This document shows positions 1 through 9,522 of a stretch of 64,000 nucleotides of DNA, piece by piece. The DNA comes from a virus. The translations under genes were made by a program, and so were the position numbers. The notes below the pieces were generated by a model. That model saw only the letters and a list, made by a program, of their open reading frames with translations. It had not been told where the DNA came from and did no database searches. Within the stretch, counting starts at the first letter, position 1, and every line of letters begins with the position of its first letter. Location: the IMG/VR virus record IMGVR_UViG_3300036900_000443, positions 4,496 through 68,495 of that record; one strand, given 5' to 3'.

Positions 1-764
1 AAGGCCTTCGCCATCTTGGTCTTATTGGTGGGATCCGCGATCGCCGACTCGGCTGCTTTCCCCACCAGCGATTCGACGGTCGCTTCGCCGGCGTCCTTAG
101 CGCCATTCCGCACCATGGCCTGCGCCAGCGCTTCGCCCATCGTCTCGGCGCCGCCCTTGCCAAACAGCTTGCCCACCACGGCGCTGACTGCGCCGACACC
201 GAGCGGTACACCAATCTTCGTCGCTGCTCCGACGGGCCCATGCTTCTGCTGATACTGATCGATCGCATCCGCCGCGGTGTTATACGCTCCGCCGGCAAAG
301 GCTCCCAGTAGCGCTGGTGTGGCTAATTGCCCCACCACCGGAAGCGCTTCGGCGCCCACCATGGCAGCAATCGGCGCGGCCGCTCCCGAGATGCGACCCA
401 GGACGCTCTGCTCGTGCGCCTGCGTCCAAGCCGACAGCGGCTTGTTAATCCCTTCAAAGAAATGCTGCGCCCCTTGCGCCAACGGCTGCAAGGCAGGTAT
501 CGCTGTGCTGCTGACATCGCCGGCAAAGCGTGACAATCCTGCCAGGCCCTCGGTCCCCATCTCGAGCGTGGAGCCAAAAGCCGCCGGCAGGATATCTTCA
601 AAGCCCAGCCCTTTGTCCGCAGGAGGGGCGGCCGTCGGCGCCGGCTGCGCAGAAGCAAAGCGCGGCAATACCCGCCGCTTCAGGTGATCCTGAATCTGTG
701 CGTCCGTCCAGTCGTCGGGATACTGCAGACCAAGACTGGTGCCGGGGATGGTTACGTTCGGCAT
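1..764 (-). CDS. N-terminal part of giant virion/ejection (polyvalent) protein, truncated by window edge
   Basis: ATG at 764 abuts the stop of the previous gene (765-767). The frame (MPNVTIPGTSLGLQYPDDWTDAQIQDHL...) stays open to position 1. Probably the same gene as 57925-64000. Confidence 0.65.
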   Translation of the reverse strand, partial: MPNVTIPGTSLGLQYPDDWTDAQIQDHLKRRVLPRFASAQPAPTAAPPADKGLGFEDILPAAFGSTLEMGTEGLAGLSRFAGDVSSTAIPALQPLAQGAQHFFEGINKPLSAWTQAHEQSVLGRISGAAAPIAAMVGAEALPVVGQLATPALLGAFAGGAYNTAADAIDQYQQKHGPVGAATKIGVPLGVGAVSAVVGKLFGKGGAETMGEALAQAMVRNGAKDAGEATVESLVGKAAESAIADPTNKTKMAKA

Positions 765-2774
765 CTATTTCCCAAACAGCGTCACCGGATCGCCCTGTAG
801 CGTGAGGTTGCCTTTCTCCGGATCAAAGTGCATGCGAGGCATGGCTTCGTTCGTCAGATAGTGACCCATGATGAAGCCCTCGGGCGTTCGCGCCCAGTCA
901 GCAAACATGGATTGATCCAGCTTGCTGCGTTCGGGCACCGATAGCTTACTTGGATCCTTGCCAAGCTCGGTGTAGCGCTGCGAACGATACGAGGACAGCT
1001 TGTCGAGCGCCAGCTTGCGCTGCTCGTCTTCCAGTTTGAGCGACGGATCTTTTTCTGTCGCCAGAGCGATCTTGGCGAATTCTGCCCGGACCTTCTGCGA
1101 CTCGAGCCAGAACTGTTCGCGCCACCGCGTAGACTGTCCAGCGCCCCACTCGAGCTGCTGCTGGGCCACACCCATCTGCAGCGGCATCAGTGCATTCTGA
1201 ATCGCTGCCTGGCGATCCTCATTGTGCTCGCTCACCAACATCGCCTTGTTGTGCTGATCGACCGCCATCCTTTGCTGCGTATTGAACATGCCAGCCTGTG
1301 AAGAAGCGCTATAGAGCGCATTCGCCTGCTGCTGCACTTCCTGTTCGCGGCGGTCCTTCATGTCAGCCAACTGCGAGCGCAGCTGGAACATCGCCAGCGC
1401 TTTCTTCTCCGCATTCGCCTGGTCCTCGCGCATCACGTCCTGCGCATAGCCAGCGCCTCCGGCGTAGCTGCCGGTCTTCGCCATGCCGGCCGCCAGCATC
1501 GCTAAACGCTCGCCGACCGAGAAGGTATGCGGCTGCCCTTGGGTTCCCTCGAGCTCTCCGAGTCGACCCTCGAGCCGCGCAATGTCTCCGTTATCCGGAT
1601 GCGTAGCACGCGCCTGATCCAGGAAGTCCGAGAACTTGGGCGGCGTGTACTCGTGAAATTGCAGCTGATACTCTTCCGGCGTCAGCGGCTTATATTCCGG
1701 CAGCAAGCCCCGCGCTTTCGTCACCAGATCGGCAGCGCTCTGCTTGTCAGCAGGAGTGACGCCCACGCCTCCGCCGGGGAACGATCCCATACCGATCCCG
1801 CCTACTGTCACGGACGCTTTCGTGTGACCCGGAACCGTAGCGGCGCCAGCAATCCCTGGATACGATCCGCTCGTCCCCGGAGTAGACGGCGCCACCGCGC
1901 CGGCAGGCGCAGCAGCCACCACCGCCGCGGCAGCTGGCTTGGCGGGAGCGCTTCCGTCCAGGCCTCCGGACGGATGCCACGTCGGCACGACATCCGGATG
2001 CGGCGTAGGAATTACGGACGGCATAAATTGCGGATCGGCGGAGCTGCCAGGAGCGCTGGGCGCACGCGGGTAAGCAATCGTTCCAGGCGACTCCCCGAGT
2101 CCAGGGGAATACTGTTTCGACTCCGGGGCATAGCCGAACAGCGGCCCCGTACCACCCGCCATGCCCGGATCCGTGCTGAACGGCCCGTACCGGGCGGCCC
2201 GCTGCGCCTCCGTTTCCGCAGGAGCGTAATACCGCGACTCCGGATCATAGCCGAACAACGGCCCCGTGCCAGCCATCCCCGGATCCACATTAAGCGGATC
2301 CGCAGCCTGCTCCTCTTCCGCGGACGGCAAATGATAAGTATGCCCGGAATCCGATCCACCCCCCGCTAAGTACTGCGTATGGCCAACCAACCCGCCGTGA
2401 GCGTATCCCTGCGGCACGCCTTGCGCTAATCCCTGCGGCGGCGCCGAGCCCGCTAAGCCAGGGGGCATGCCCATCGGCGAAGGCGTTGCGCCCATCCCTC
2501 GCGCAGGCGGACCGCTGGGTGAGGGCGGCATGCCGGGTGAGGATGGCTGCGATGGGCGCAATGCGTTGGGATTTGTACCGAAACTGCCGGAAAGCAGCTG
2601 ATCGTAGATAGAGGGCTTCTGTCCTTGCTGCATGGATTCCTGCCGACGCAGATTCTGCCGGCGCACCATCTCTCCGGTTGCCAGGGCTGCCGTATCGGGC
2701 GCCGAACGCAGCTCCATCTGCAGCTGCTGATCAGACAACTGACGAAGATAGTTCTGCGTTTGGATGAGATTCAT
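765..2774 (-). CDS. Putative internal virion/ejection protein
   Basis: Long Q/P/G-rich ORF with a coiled-coil C-terminal half in the late operon after the tail genes; start at MNLIQ. Confidence 0.6.
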   Translation of the reverse strand: MNLIQTQNYLRQLSDQQLQMELRSAPDTAALATGEMVRRQNLRRQESMQQGQKPSIYDQLLSGSFGTNPNALRPSQPSSPGMPPSPSGPPARGMGATPSPMGMPPGLAGSAPPQGLAQGVPQGYAHGGLVGHTQYLAGGGSDSGHTYHLPSAEEEQAADPLNVDPGMAGTGPLFGYDPESRYYAPAETEAQRAARYGPFSTDPGMAGGTGPLFGYAPESKQYSPGLGESPGTIAYPRAPSAPGSSADPQFMPSVIPTPHPDVVPTWHPSGGLDGSAPAKPAAAAVVAAAPAGAVAPSTPGTSGSYPGIAGAATVPGHTKASVTVGGIGMGSFPGGGVGVTPADKQSAADLVTKARGLLPEYKPLTPEEYQLQFHEYTPPKFSDFLDQARATHPDNGDIARLEGRLGELEGTQGQPHTFSVGERLAMLAAGMAKTGSYAGGAGYAQDVMREDQANAEKKALAMFQLRSQLADMKDRREQEVQQQANALYSASSQAGMFNTQQRMAVDQHNKAMLVSEHNEDRQAAIQNALMPLQMGVAQQQLEWGAGQSTRWREQFWLESQKVRAEFAKIALATEKDPSLKLEDEQRKLALDKLSSYRSQRYTELGKDPSKLSVPERSKLDQSMFADWARTPEGFIMGHYLTNEAMPRMHFDPEKGNLTLQGDPVTLFGK

Positions 2775-2781
2775 AGCGCCG

Positions 2782-3807
2782 TTATCCTGTTCCCGTGGTT
2801 CCCTTGGAGAGCATGGCGAGCACGTTGGCAATGTCCGTCATGTTGGGCTGCTGGATGGTGGTCTGCGATCCCATGCCAGCCGGAATCGAGCCGTACATCT
2901 GCCCCATCTGCTGCAACTCTTGCATGGGGTACATCATGCCCTGCAGCCACTGCTGATACTGGAAGTCGAGCGGGTTCTGCGCATACTGTCCTTGCTGTGC
3001 CCCTGCCTGCCCGAGCGCTCCCGCAGCCGCGAGATTGTACTGGTTCTGCTGCCCCTGCAATTGCCCGGCTCCTAACAGCGCAGAGAGATTCCCGCTTTGC
3101 AGCGCTTGCTGCGCCTGCTGCTGTGCTTGCTGGCTCGTGAGTCCCAATTGCTCCTGCCCGAGTTGCAGTTGCCCGCCACCCAACCCTGCCTCCAGTTGGC
3201 GCATTGCATCGCTCTGGAAGCCTTGCAAGCCTGTCGTGTAAGCGTTCGACAGCCCTTGCGCCTGCATCGATTGCAGCTGCTGATTGAGATCTCTCGCTGC
3301 CAACGAATCCGCTACGGCCTGGCGATCGCCGCCGTAAGCTCCCGACTGGGTCGCCTGCGCATTCCGTGCCAGCCCTTGCTCCTGAAACTGCTGCTGCGCT
3401 AACTGCTGCTGCTGCGTCAGCACGTTCTGCAGATACGGATTCATGTAGGACTGCGACACGCCGGGATCCGTCCAATTGGGCGTGTTCAGATTGAAGTTGC
3501 CCTGCGTCGGCAGCTGGGTAATGTTGGCAGAATTCGGATCCCGCTGCTGCGCGGCCGCCTGCCCCGCCAAGCCGGCCTGCGTGGTATTGGGCAGTTGTTG
3601 TGCAAAGTTCCAATACTGTTGCGTCAAGGCAGACGGGTCCGCAAACATCTGCCCACCATAGGGTGTATAGGGAGCCACCGTCTGCCCGTTCGGCATGAAC
3701 TGCTGACCGATTGCCGAGACGAAATTCTGGTAGGGCTGCTGCAGATAACTCGGCAGGTTCTGCTGGGTCTGCTGTGTCTGCGAAGTCTGAAGATTATTGC
3801 TGCCCAT
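2782..3807 (-). CDS. Putative DNA pilot/ejection protein
   Basis: Q/G/A-rich ORF with GAYGGDRQAV motif, typical of podovirus-type ejection proteins; position in late operon. Confidence 0.6.
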   Translation of the reverse strand: MGSNNLQTSQTQQTQQNLPSYLQQPYQNFVSAIGQQFMPNGQTVAPYTPYGGQMFADPSALTQQYWNFAQQLPNTTQAGLAGQAAAQQRDPNSANITQLPTQGNFNLNTPNWTDPGVSQSYMNPYLQNVLTQQQQLAQQQFQEQGLARNAQATQSGAYGGDRQAVADSLAARDLNQQLQSMQAQGLSNAYTTGLQGFQSDAMRQLEAGLGGGQLQLGQEQLGLTSQQAQQQAQQALQSGNLSALLGAGQLQGQQNQYNLAAAGALGQAGAQQGQYAQNPLDFQYQQWLQGMMYPMQELQQMGQMYGSIPAGMGSQTTIQQPNMTDIANVLAMLSKGTTGTG

Positions 3808-4222
3808 TCATCACCGCTCTTTCCAGAAACGTAAAGGGCTGCGTCCAGCCAGGCAGCTTCCGAGCCCAGCCACGCCGCGCTACCGTCTCGAGCCGCGTAC
3901 AGCCCACTTCTTGCGCAAAGCGCTCGAGCGTTTGCTGCGCAATCTCACGCCATTCCGCGAAGTCCACGCCCGCTAAGAAATCCACGCGCAGAGCTCGCAG
4001 CCGCGGATACACCCCCTGACTCGTCACGATCATGCCCTTGATCTCACCGCTCTCGGCGTTCCACACCAACCACAGCAGGAACACGCCAGACACCAACAGC
4101 CCCTCCACGTCCTCGGGACGATAGCGCCCATACGAATGCCGCGCACTGCTGCGAATCCAATCCCGCACGAGCGGGAGAAAGCGTGGCGCATCATCCGTGG
4201 GAACGAGGAGGACTTGAATCAT
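3794..4222 (-). CDS. GNAT-fold-like small virion-associated protein
   Basis: YPRLRAL..FLAG..F.EW....ERFAQEVGC..LET.ARRGWAR pattern; sits between tail and ejection genes. Confidence 0.5.
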   Translation of the reverse strand: MIQVLLVPTDDAPRFLPLVRDWIRSSARHSYGRYRPEDVEGLLVSGVFLLWLVWNAESGEIKGMIVTSQGVYPRLRALRVDFLAGVDFAEWREIAQQTLERFAQEVGCTRLETVARRGWARKLPGWTQPFTFLERAVMNGQQ

Positions 4223-6030
4223 TGCTGCCTTAGCTGCTTTCTCGCCGCCAACCCGGCCCGTGCCATTTCGTTCATCTTCTGGTGCGCGTCCTGCGGACTA
4301 GTCGTAAAGAGGTCAGCCGGGTTATTCCAGGCAGCATTCCCAAGGCCCTGCAAATACTCCCCTACGGACCCCGGATGCCCGAGGCGCTTGTCGATATTCG
4401 CGTAGCGCAGCATGTCTTGGTCAAAAAGCGCAACATCATTGCCTGGACCGAACGGGATAGACACTGGCCCCACCGCTAATCGCGCCGTCACCGGTTGCGG
4501 CACCCCTGCTTTATCCACCGCATCCGCTAAGGATTTCACTTCTCCGCCGGCCTGCATCCCGGCCGGCTGCGACTCCTCTTCTGGCGCCTCCTCTTCCGGC
4601 GGCTCTTCCTCTTCGCCCTCAGGCTCTTGCTCGGGAGACTCTTCTGGTTCCTCTTCGCCCGGCTGTCCTGCTCCCTGCGGAGAGAACATCTGACCGAGCT
4701 CGTCGTCTGGAATAGGCTGCATCTGTTCGTCGGTGCCCGTCGCGGACTGCCGCAGCTCCTTCACGATTCCGTCCAAGCGCTTGGCGCCCGCATCCGTATT
4801 GCCCTCTCCCAAGGCAGCAACCACATCTGCAGGAATGATGTACTCCCCACCACTTAACTTCACGTCATGTGTGGGGTGATCGGCCGACACCTCGTCCGCC
4901 TGCCCCGGCGAATCGTCGTCTACCAAGCCTTCCGTCTGCCCGCCGCCTAAGCCGCCCTGATCAGCACCTGCCCCGTCATCCGCCGGCGCGGCTTCCTGGT
5001 CCGGACTTTCACTGCTACCGTCCGCGCCCCCGCCAATCAAGTCTTCGAGCGAAGGCATACCCGGATCCTCTCCGCCGGCCTGGAAGTGCGCCTGCGGGCG
5101 ATTCTGCTGCGCCATATCGGACAGCGCTTGGTGGATCAGCGAGGTGACGAGATGATCGTCGGTCGGGTCGTGCCCGTACTGATGCCCCATGGCTGCGGCG
5201 AGTTCGTGCGTACGCGAACGGGCATCTTCGCCCTGCTCCGGCACACTGCCGCCTTCGGCAAAGCCAGACATGGCGTCCGTCGCATACCCGCCATAATTGG
5301 CACCACCCCCGCCACCGTAATAGTCGTCAAACGGCGTGCCGTAGTACGGATCAGACGGACTGCCGCTGAAATGAATTCCATTCATCATGCTCGCGGCTTC
5401 ATACGCCGGAGCACCAGAAAGATTCATCGTTTGCGGCATCACCCCGGAAACGTCCATGCCCTGCGTGCCGGGAAGATACGTTGCCCCGTAACTGGACGGC
5501 GTGTAATCGGTCGGGTCGTAGAAGTTCGGGACGTTGCCGTAATTGCTCCCCAACCCCTGATTGGCTGCTCCTAGAAATTGATTCGTCTCATCCGGATTAA
5601 TGAAGTTCGATTGAACATCCGATCGTTGCCCATTCTGCCCAACATCCGGAATGTTGTACTGCGACGGATCATACGCAGGAACCGGAGGTGGCGTCGGCAT
5701 AGGCGGTGTCTGCTTCGGCTTCACGGTCGGAGTCGGCAAATTCGCCGCATTGATCGCTGGCGCTTTTGCGGGGGCCGCAGCCGGCTTGGCAGCTGTCCCC
5801 TGCTGGCTCAGCGTCAACCAGGGATACTGCGCCGGGGGCGCCACATTGGGGCTCGTCATGCGCCCTTGCGGCAAATTGCCCTGCATCAGCGCTGCCATTT
5901 GCTGCTGCACATTCGGCACCGTGCCGAGATTCGGCGTGCTGACTCCGCCTGCTGGTTGCGCCGGAGCGGCGGTGGACAAAGGAGTCTGTCCCGCCCGCAT
6001 CAGCTGCTGCAACATTGCATCGAGATTCAT
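4219..6030 (-). CDS. Acidic low-complexity internal virion protein
   Basis: Contains LSGGEYIIPADVVAALGEGNTDAGAKRL and several xAxGG motifs. Confidence 0.55.
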   Translation of the reverse strand: MNLDAMLQQLMRAGQTPLSTAAPAQPAGGVSTPNLGTVPNVQQQMAALMQGNLPQGRMTSPNVAPPAQYPWLTLSQQGTAAKPAAAPAKAPAINAANLPTPTVKPKQTPPMPTPPPVPAYDPSQYNIPDVGQNGQRSDVQSNFINPDETNQFLGAANQGLGSNYGNVPNFYDPTDYTPSSYGATYLPGTQGMDVSGVMPQTMNLSGAPAYEAASMMNGIHFSGSPSDPYYGTPFDDYYGGGGGANYGGYATDAMSGFAEGGSVPEQGEDARSRTHELAAAMGHQYGHDPTDDHLVTSLIHQALSDMAQQNRPQAHFQAGGEDPGMPSLEDLIGGGADGSSESPDQEAAPADDGAGADQGGLGGGQTEGLVDDDSPGQADEVSADHPTHDVKLSGGEYIIPADVVAALGEGNTDAGAKRLDGIVKELRQSATGTDEQMQPIPDDELGQMFSPQGAGQPGEEEPEESPEQEPEGEEEEPPEEEAPEEESQPAGMQAGGEVKSLADAVDKAGVPQPVTARLAVGPVSIPFGPGNDVALFDQDMLRYANIDKRLGHPGSVGEYLQGLGNAAWNNPADLFTTSPQDAHQKMNEMARAGLAARKQLRQQ

Positions 6031-6045
6031 ATCTAATTCTCCTTT

Positions 6046-6438
6046 TTAAACAGAGGGCAACGATATCGGCGGCGGTAGCGGCAGCGGCATCATCGCGGGC
6101 CCTGCTATGGGCGGCGCGGGTGCAGCCATCTGGTCGGCGAAAAGGTTCCACATCGCAGACACGGTGTTGATGATGTCCTGATCCGGAATCTGCGACGAGT
6201 CCGCGCCGTTGTCGACAATGAGTGGTTGCACGATCAGATAGTTGTACATCGTGCGCATGTAGGTGACGGGGTCTTTCATCGCCGCATTCGCTAATGCCAC
6301 GCGGTTGTCGTGATTCGGCGTGTCCGTCGGTTCGTTCATCACGTCCGTGCTGATATGTAAGATTGCCATCGTGGTACGAGATTGGAGCGGCTGATCGGTC
6401 AGTAGTTTCGATTGCGTGATGAGTTGAGTTGTAGCCAC
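6046..6438 (-). CDS. Hypothetical protein following tail fibre
   Basis: ORF tightly packed in the minus-strand late operon. Confidence 0.55.
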   Translation of the reverse strand: MATTQLITQSKLLTDQPLQSRTTMAILHISTDVMNEPTDTPNHDNRVALANAAMKDPVTYMRTMYNYLIVQPLIVDNGADSSQIPDQDIINTVSAMWNLFADQMAAPAPPIAGPAMMPLPLPPPISLPSV

Positions 6439-6442
6439 TTAG

Positions 6443-9064
6443 TTAGTTTGCCTTTCTTTGCTCTAACTTGCGAAGACGCTTGTCCAGTTCCTGCACTGCG
6501 TTCAATAACATGAACCACATGGGCCTGGGATCCACGAAACGTACTGCCTTTTCCTCGCCTTCGACCATCGTGGTTTGCAGCTCGATCATTTCCGGCGCGA
6601 CCGGCTCTACTTCGTCAGCAATCAGCCCGTAATGCGTTTGCCCCAAGCCACGCCACGGCTGCGGGATGTATTTGTAGGAGACGGGCTTCAGTTGCCGGAT
6701 GACATCCAGGCCGCGCCCGTAAGCCTGGATATCCTCTTTCATGAAGCGTTCGGAAGTGAGGGTGATCGTACCGACGCTGCCGCCATCTACATATGCCTGT
6801 AACGTTCCACTCCAGTAAAAAGCGTGAATGTGCGGAGTAGTTCCAATGGCGCTAAATTTGATTCCCGTGCCACCAATAGTCGCTCCATTGCCGATAGTGC
6901 CTGCACCTGTGCAGTTCAGACTAGAGCACTGTACGTTTTGAGCCACCAGCCACGCTGAGGTAGAAAGAATGTTCATGTTCCCGCTGGCATCGCAGTTGAA
7001 GTACGCCAGCTTGCTGTTGTCGGAACTATAGGCACTGTTGTTGCTGCCGCTCAGAGCGCGGACGCCAGCGTATCCGTCAATCGTCGCGCCCGTAACGACA
7101 AGCCCAGCATTTGCTTGTACTATGGCACTGAAGTTAGTCGCAGTAAGCGTATTGGCTACAGGCCCTGCGGCTACCTGAGTCAAGGTTCCCCAGAACCCAA
7201 TCTTTCTTCCCGTGTTGTCGCTGTTGATGCCGACAATATTCAGTCCCGGCGCACCCAAGACTCCATTGCCGACAATTCGCCCATCGTTGGTATCCCCGTA
7301 TGTTGACGTGCCAAAACGCAGTGCATTGTTGCCGGATAGCAGGATGCAACCATTGCTGGAAAGCAAGTACGGAAACGCGCCGCTATAGCCGATATCTAAG
7401 TAAGGAGTCGAGGTGGCATTGCCGTACACGCGCAACGAAGGATTGCCAGCGGCGGCAGTTGTCAGGATCGTCGCCGTATTGTTAACAGTAATTGCTCCGG
7501 TTGTAGTGACATTGCCGCTGAAGGTCGCGTTTTGGTTGAATTGGTAAGTACAGGACGGGAAATTGAAGATAAGAACACTACCCGCACCAGAAAAAGCTAT
7601 TGTGCCGAACAGCGTGTTCCCTTGGTTGTAGATCCATAGGGACGAACCATCCACAACGCGCAATAATGAGGGTCGCCACACATCAAGGTTGCCGCTGGTC
7701 TGAACGGTGAGGCCAGCGGTCGCGGTCGCGACCCCATTCACCGTCAGCGTGCCATTAAAGAGTGCGGCAGGCCCGGCAAAGGTAACAGCACCACTTGTGC
7801 TAGAACTCAAAATATTGTTGAAAGCAGTTACAGAATCTGGTCGCCATTGCAGATTGAAATTACCACCAGAGCCGCAAATGATTTGAAATTGAGTAAAGGT
7901 ATTCGTTGGCTCGAAAAACCCAACTGGATTATTGTTCTTAACCGTCATCCCGGCATTCGCGGTAACAAGGCCGTTAAACGTGACCGGGGGAGTCTGTGTG
8001 GTATCCCAGCTTGCGGTCCCATCTGCCGCCACAGTAATGCCTGTTCCGTCTTTGATCCCGCCGAGTACTGAACTGGTAGCCACTGGCAATGTGTAACCAC
8101 CGCCACTGGTGCTCAACGTCCCATCGCCAGCGATGGTCACGCCGCTGCCTTGCTTCACCCCGCCCAGCACGCTGCTTGTCGCGACTGGCAACACATACGC
8201 CGCGGTCGGCGCGGCCACACTGATGGTCCCGTCTACCGTCACATTGACGTTAGCGCCGACTTTGACTCCACCGAGTACACTCGCGGTGGCCGGCGGCAAC
8301 GTGTACGCCCCAGGGATGGTCGGCTTGTTCAAAATCATCGCCACGCCGGAACTTGCGTTCCAGTCAGAGTTCACCTGCGCCGCCGGGATCACGGGTTTGT
8401 TCAAGATCTGCGCCAACCCGCTCGACGCCAGCCAGTCCGCATTCACGGGAGCAATGACGCTGATCGTGCCATCGCCCGCTACGCTGACGTTGGCTCCGAT
8501 CTTCACCCCGCCGAGCAGCGCCGCTGTTGCTGGAGATAGCGTATAAGGCGCCGCTACACTAATGGTGCCATCCGGCAGCACGCCGATATTCGCGCCGATC
8601 TTCACGCCACCTAGCAGGCTGGCGGTCGCCGGGGGCAGCGTATAGCTAAAACCGGATGCAGGCTCCGGCTCCCACCATCCGTCGACCGCGTTCCAGGTCA
8701 GCACGTCTTTGTCGGCAGGAGCCTCGGAAGACACCGGATATCCCTGAATACCGATGACCTTCGGATCCGTCTCTGTGCCACCGATGTCGCCGCCCAGCTG
8801 CACGCCTCCACCGGGGGGAGGGGGCCCGGAGCCGCCGTTCTTCATACGCACAATGCCGTCGGCGCCTACCCAGGTATCGCCCTGCGCCAGCCCGTTGGTA
8901 TCCGGCGGCGGGTTCAGAATGCGCAGCCGATTTACCAGCTCGTCGCCGGGATTGTGAATCAGCGTCAGCTCATAGCGCAGGCTCTTGAGCAGCGCATCCA
9001 TGTACTCCGAGTTGTATTGCCGCGGCGGATCAGGGAAGGCCGGCCCGCGGCGCGTCTGCGCCAT
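6443..9064 (-). CDS. Tail fibre with C-terminal intramolecular chaperone (Peptidase_S74-like) domain
   Basis: Five YTLPxAT.S.LGG(V/I)K.G repeats and a beta-rich middle. C-terminus has TSERFMKEDI...LKPVSYKY...GLIADEV plus a coiled coil. Confidence 0.8.
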   Translation of the reverse strand: MAQTRRGPAFPDPPRQYNSEYMDALLKSLRYELTLIHNPGDELVNRLRILNPPPDTNGLAQGDTWVGADGIVRMKNGGSGPPPPGGGVQLGGDIGGTETDPKVIGIQGYPVSSEAPADKDVLTWNAVDGWWEPEPASGFSYTLPPATASLLGGVKIGANIGVLPDGTISVAAPYTLSPATAALLGGVKIGANVSVAGDGTISVIAPVNADWLASSGLAQILNKPVIPAAQVNSDWNASSGVAMILNKPTIPGAYTLPPATASVLGGVKVGANVNVTVDGTISVAAPTAAYVLPVATSSVLGGVKQGSGVTIAGDGTLSTSGGGYTLPVATSSVLGGIKDGTGITVAADGTASWDTTQTPPVTFNGLVTANAGMTVKNNNPVGFFEPTNTFTQFQIICGSGGNFNLQWRPDSVTAFNNILSSSTSGAVTFAGPAALFNGTLTVNGVATATAGLTVQTSGNLDVWRPSLLRVVDGSSLWIYNQGNTLFGTIAFSGAGSVLIFNFPSCTYQFNQNATFSGNVTTTGAITVNNTATILTTAAAGNPSLRVYGNATSTPYLDIGYSGAFPYLLSSNGCILLSGNNALRFGTSTYGDTNDGRIVGNGVLGAPGLNIVGINSDNTGRKIGFWGTLTQVAAGPVANTLTATNFSAIVQANAGLVVTGATIDGYAGVRALSGSNNSAYSSDNSKLAYFNCDASGNMNILSTSAWLVAQNVQCSSLNCTGAGTIGNGATIGGTGIKFSAIGTTPHIHAFYWSGTLQAYVDGGSVGTITLTSERFMKEDIQAYGRGLDVIRQLKPVSYKYIPQPWRGLGQTHYGLIADEVEPVAPEMIELQTTMVEGEEKAVRFVDPRPMWFMLLNAVQELDKRLRKLEQRKAN

Positions 9065-9099
9065 TACGCAACCCCCGCGTTATGCTGCAAACAGCGCAC

Positions 9100-9522
9100 A
9101 TGAAGATCTCGCTGTTTTTGCTGTCCTTCTGGATTTTGTACGGCCTGCTGATACTGCTTCTTTTTAAGGGCAGAGGCTGGTATACCCGGCTTCGCTTCGG
9201 CAAGCCGGTACGCATGAACCCGGAACATGTGGACGCTCCCTTCCGGAAAGTGAAAGACCTCGCTATCGGAGAAGAAGCGTATGTCAGCGGCTCGGCCATT
9301 AGCGTCTCGAAAAAGGGACTTACCTATATCGACCGCGAGTCTTTCCTCGAAAAGCAATCGGGCCTCTGGGTGCTGCACGTTGTCCGGCTGAAAAAGGGGT
9401 TCGCCCTGACCGTGCTTCCGGAAACCACGTTCCGCATCAGTTCGCTGGCAGCATGGAATGGAATTCCCGTAATCGAGCTGCGTCAAGCAATCGAATCCGA
9501 AACAGAATCCGTTGAACATTAA
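9100..9522 (+). CDS. Membrane-anchored hypothetical protein (moron-like, opposite strand)
   Basis: N-terminal hydrophobic stretch ISLFLLSFWILYGLLILLLF; the ORF fills the gap between nozzle and fibre genes. Confidence 0.55.
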   Translation: MKISLFLLSFWILYGLLILLLFKGRGWYTRLRFGKPVRMNPEHVDAPFRKVKDLAIGEEAYVSGSAISVSKKGLTYIDRESFLEKQSGLWVLHVVRLKKGFALTVLPETTFRISSLAAWNGIPVIELRQAIESETESVEH

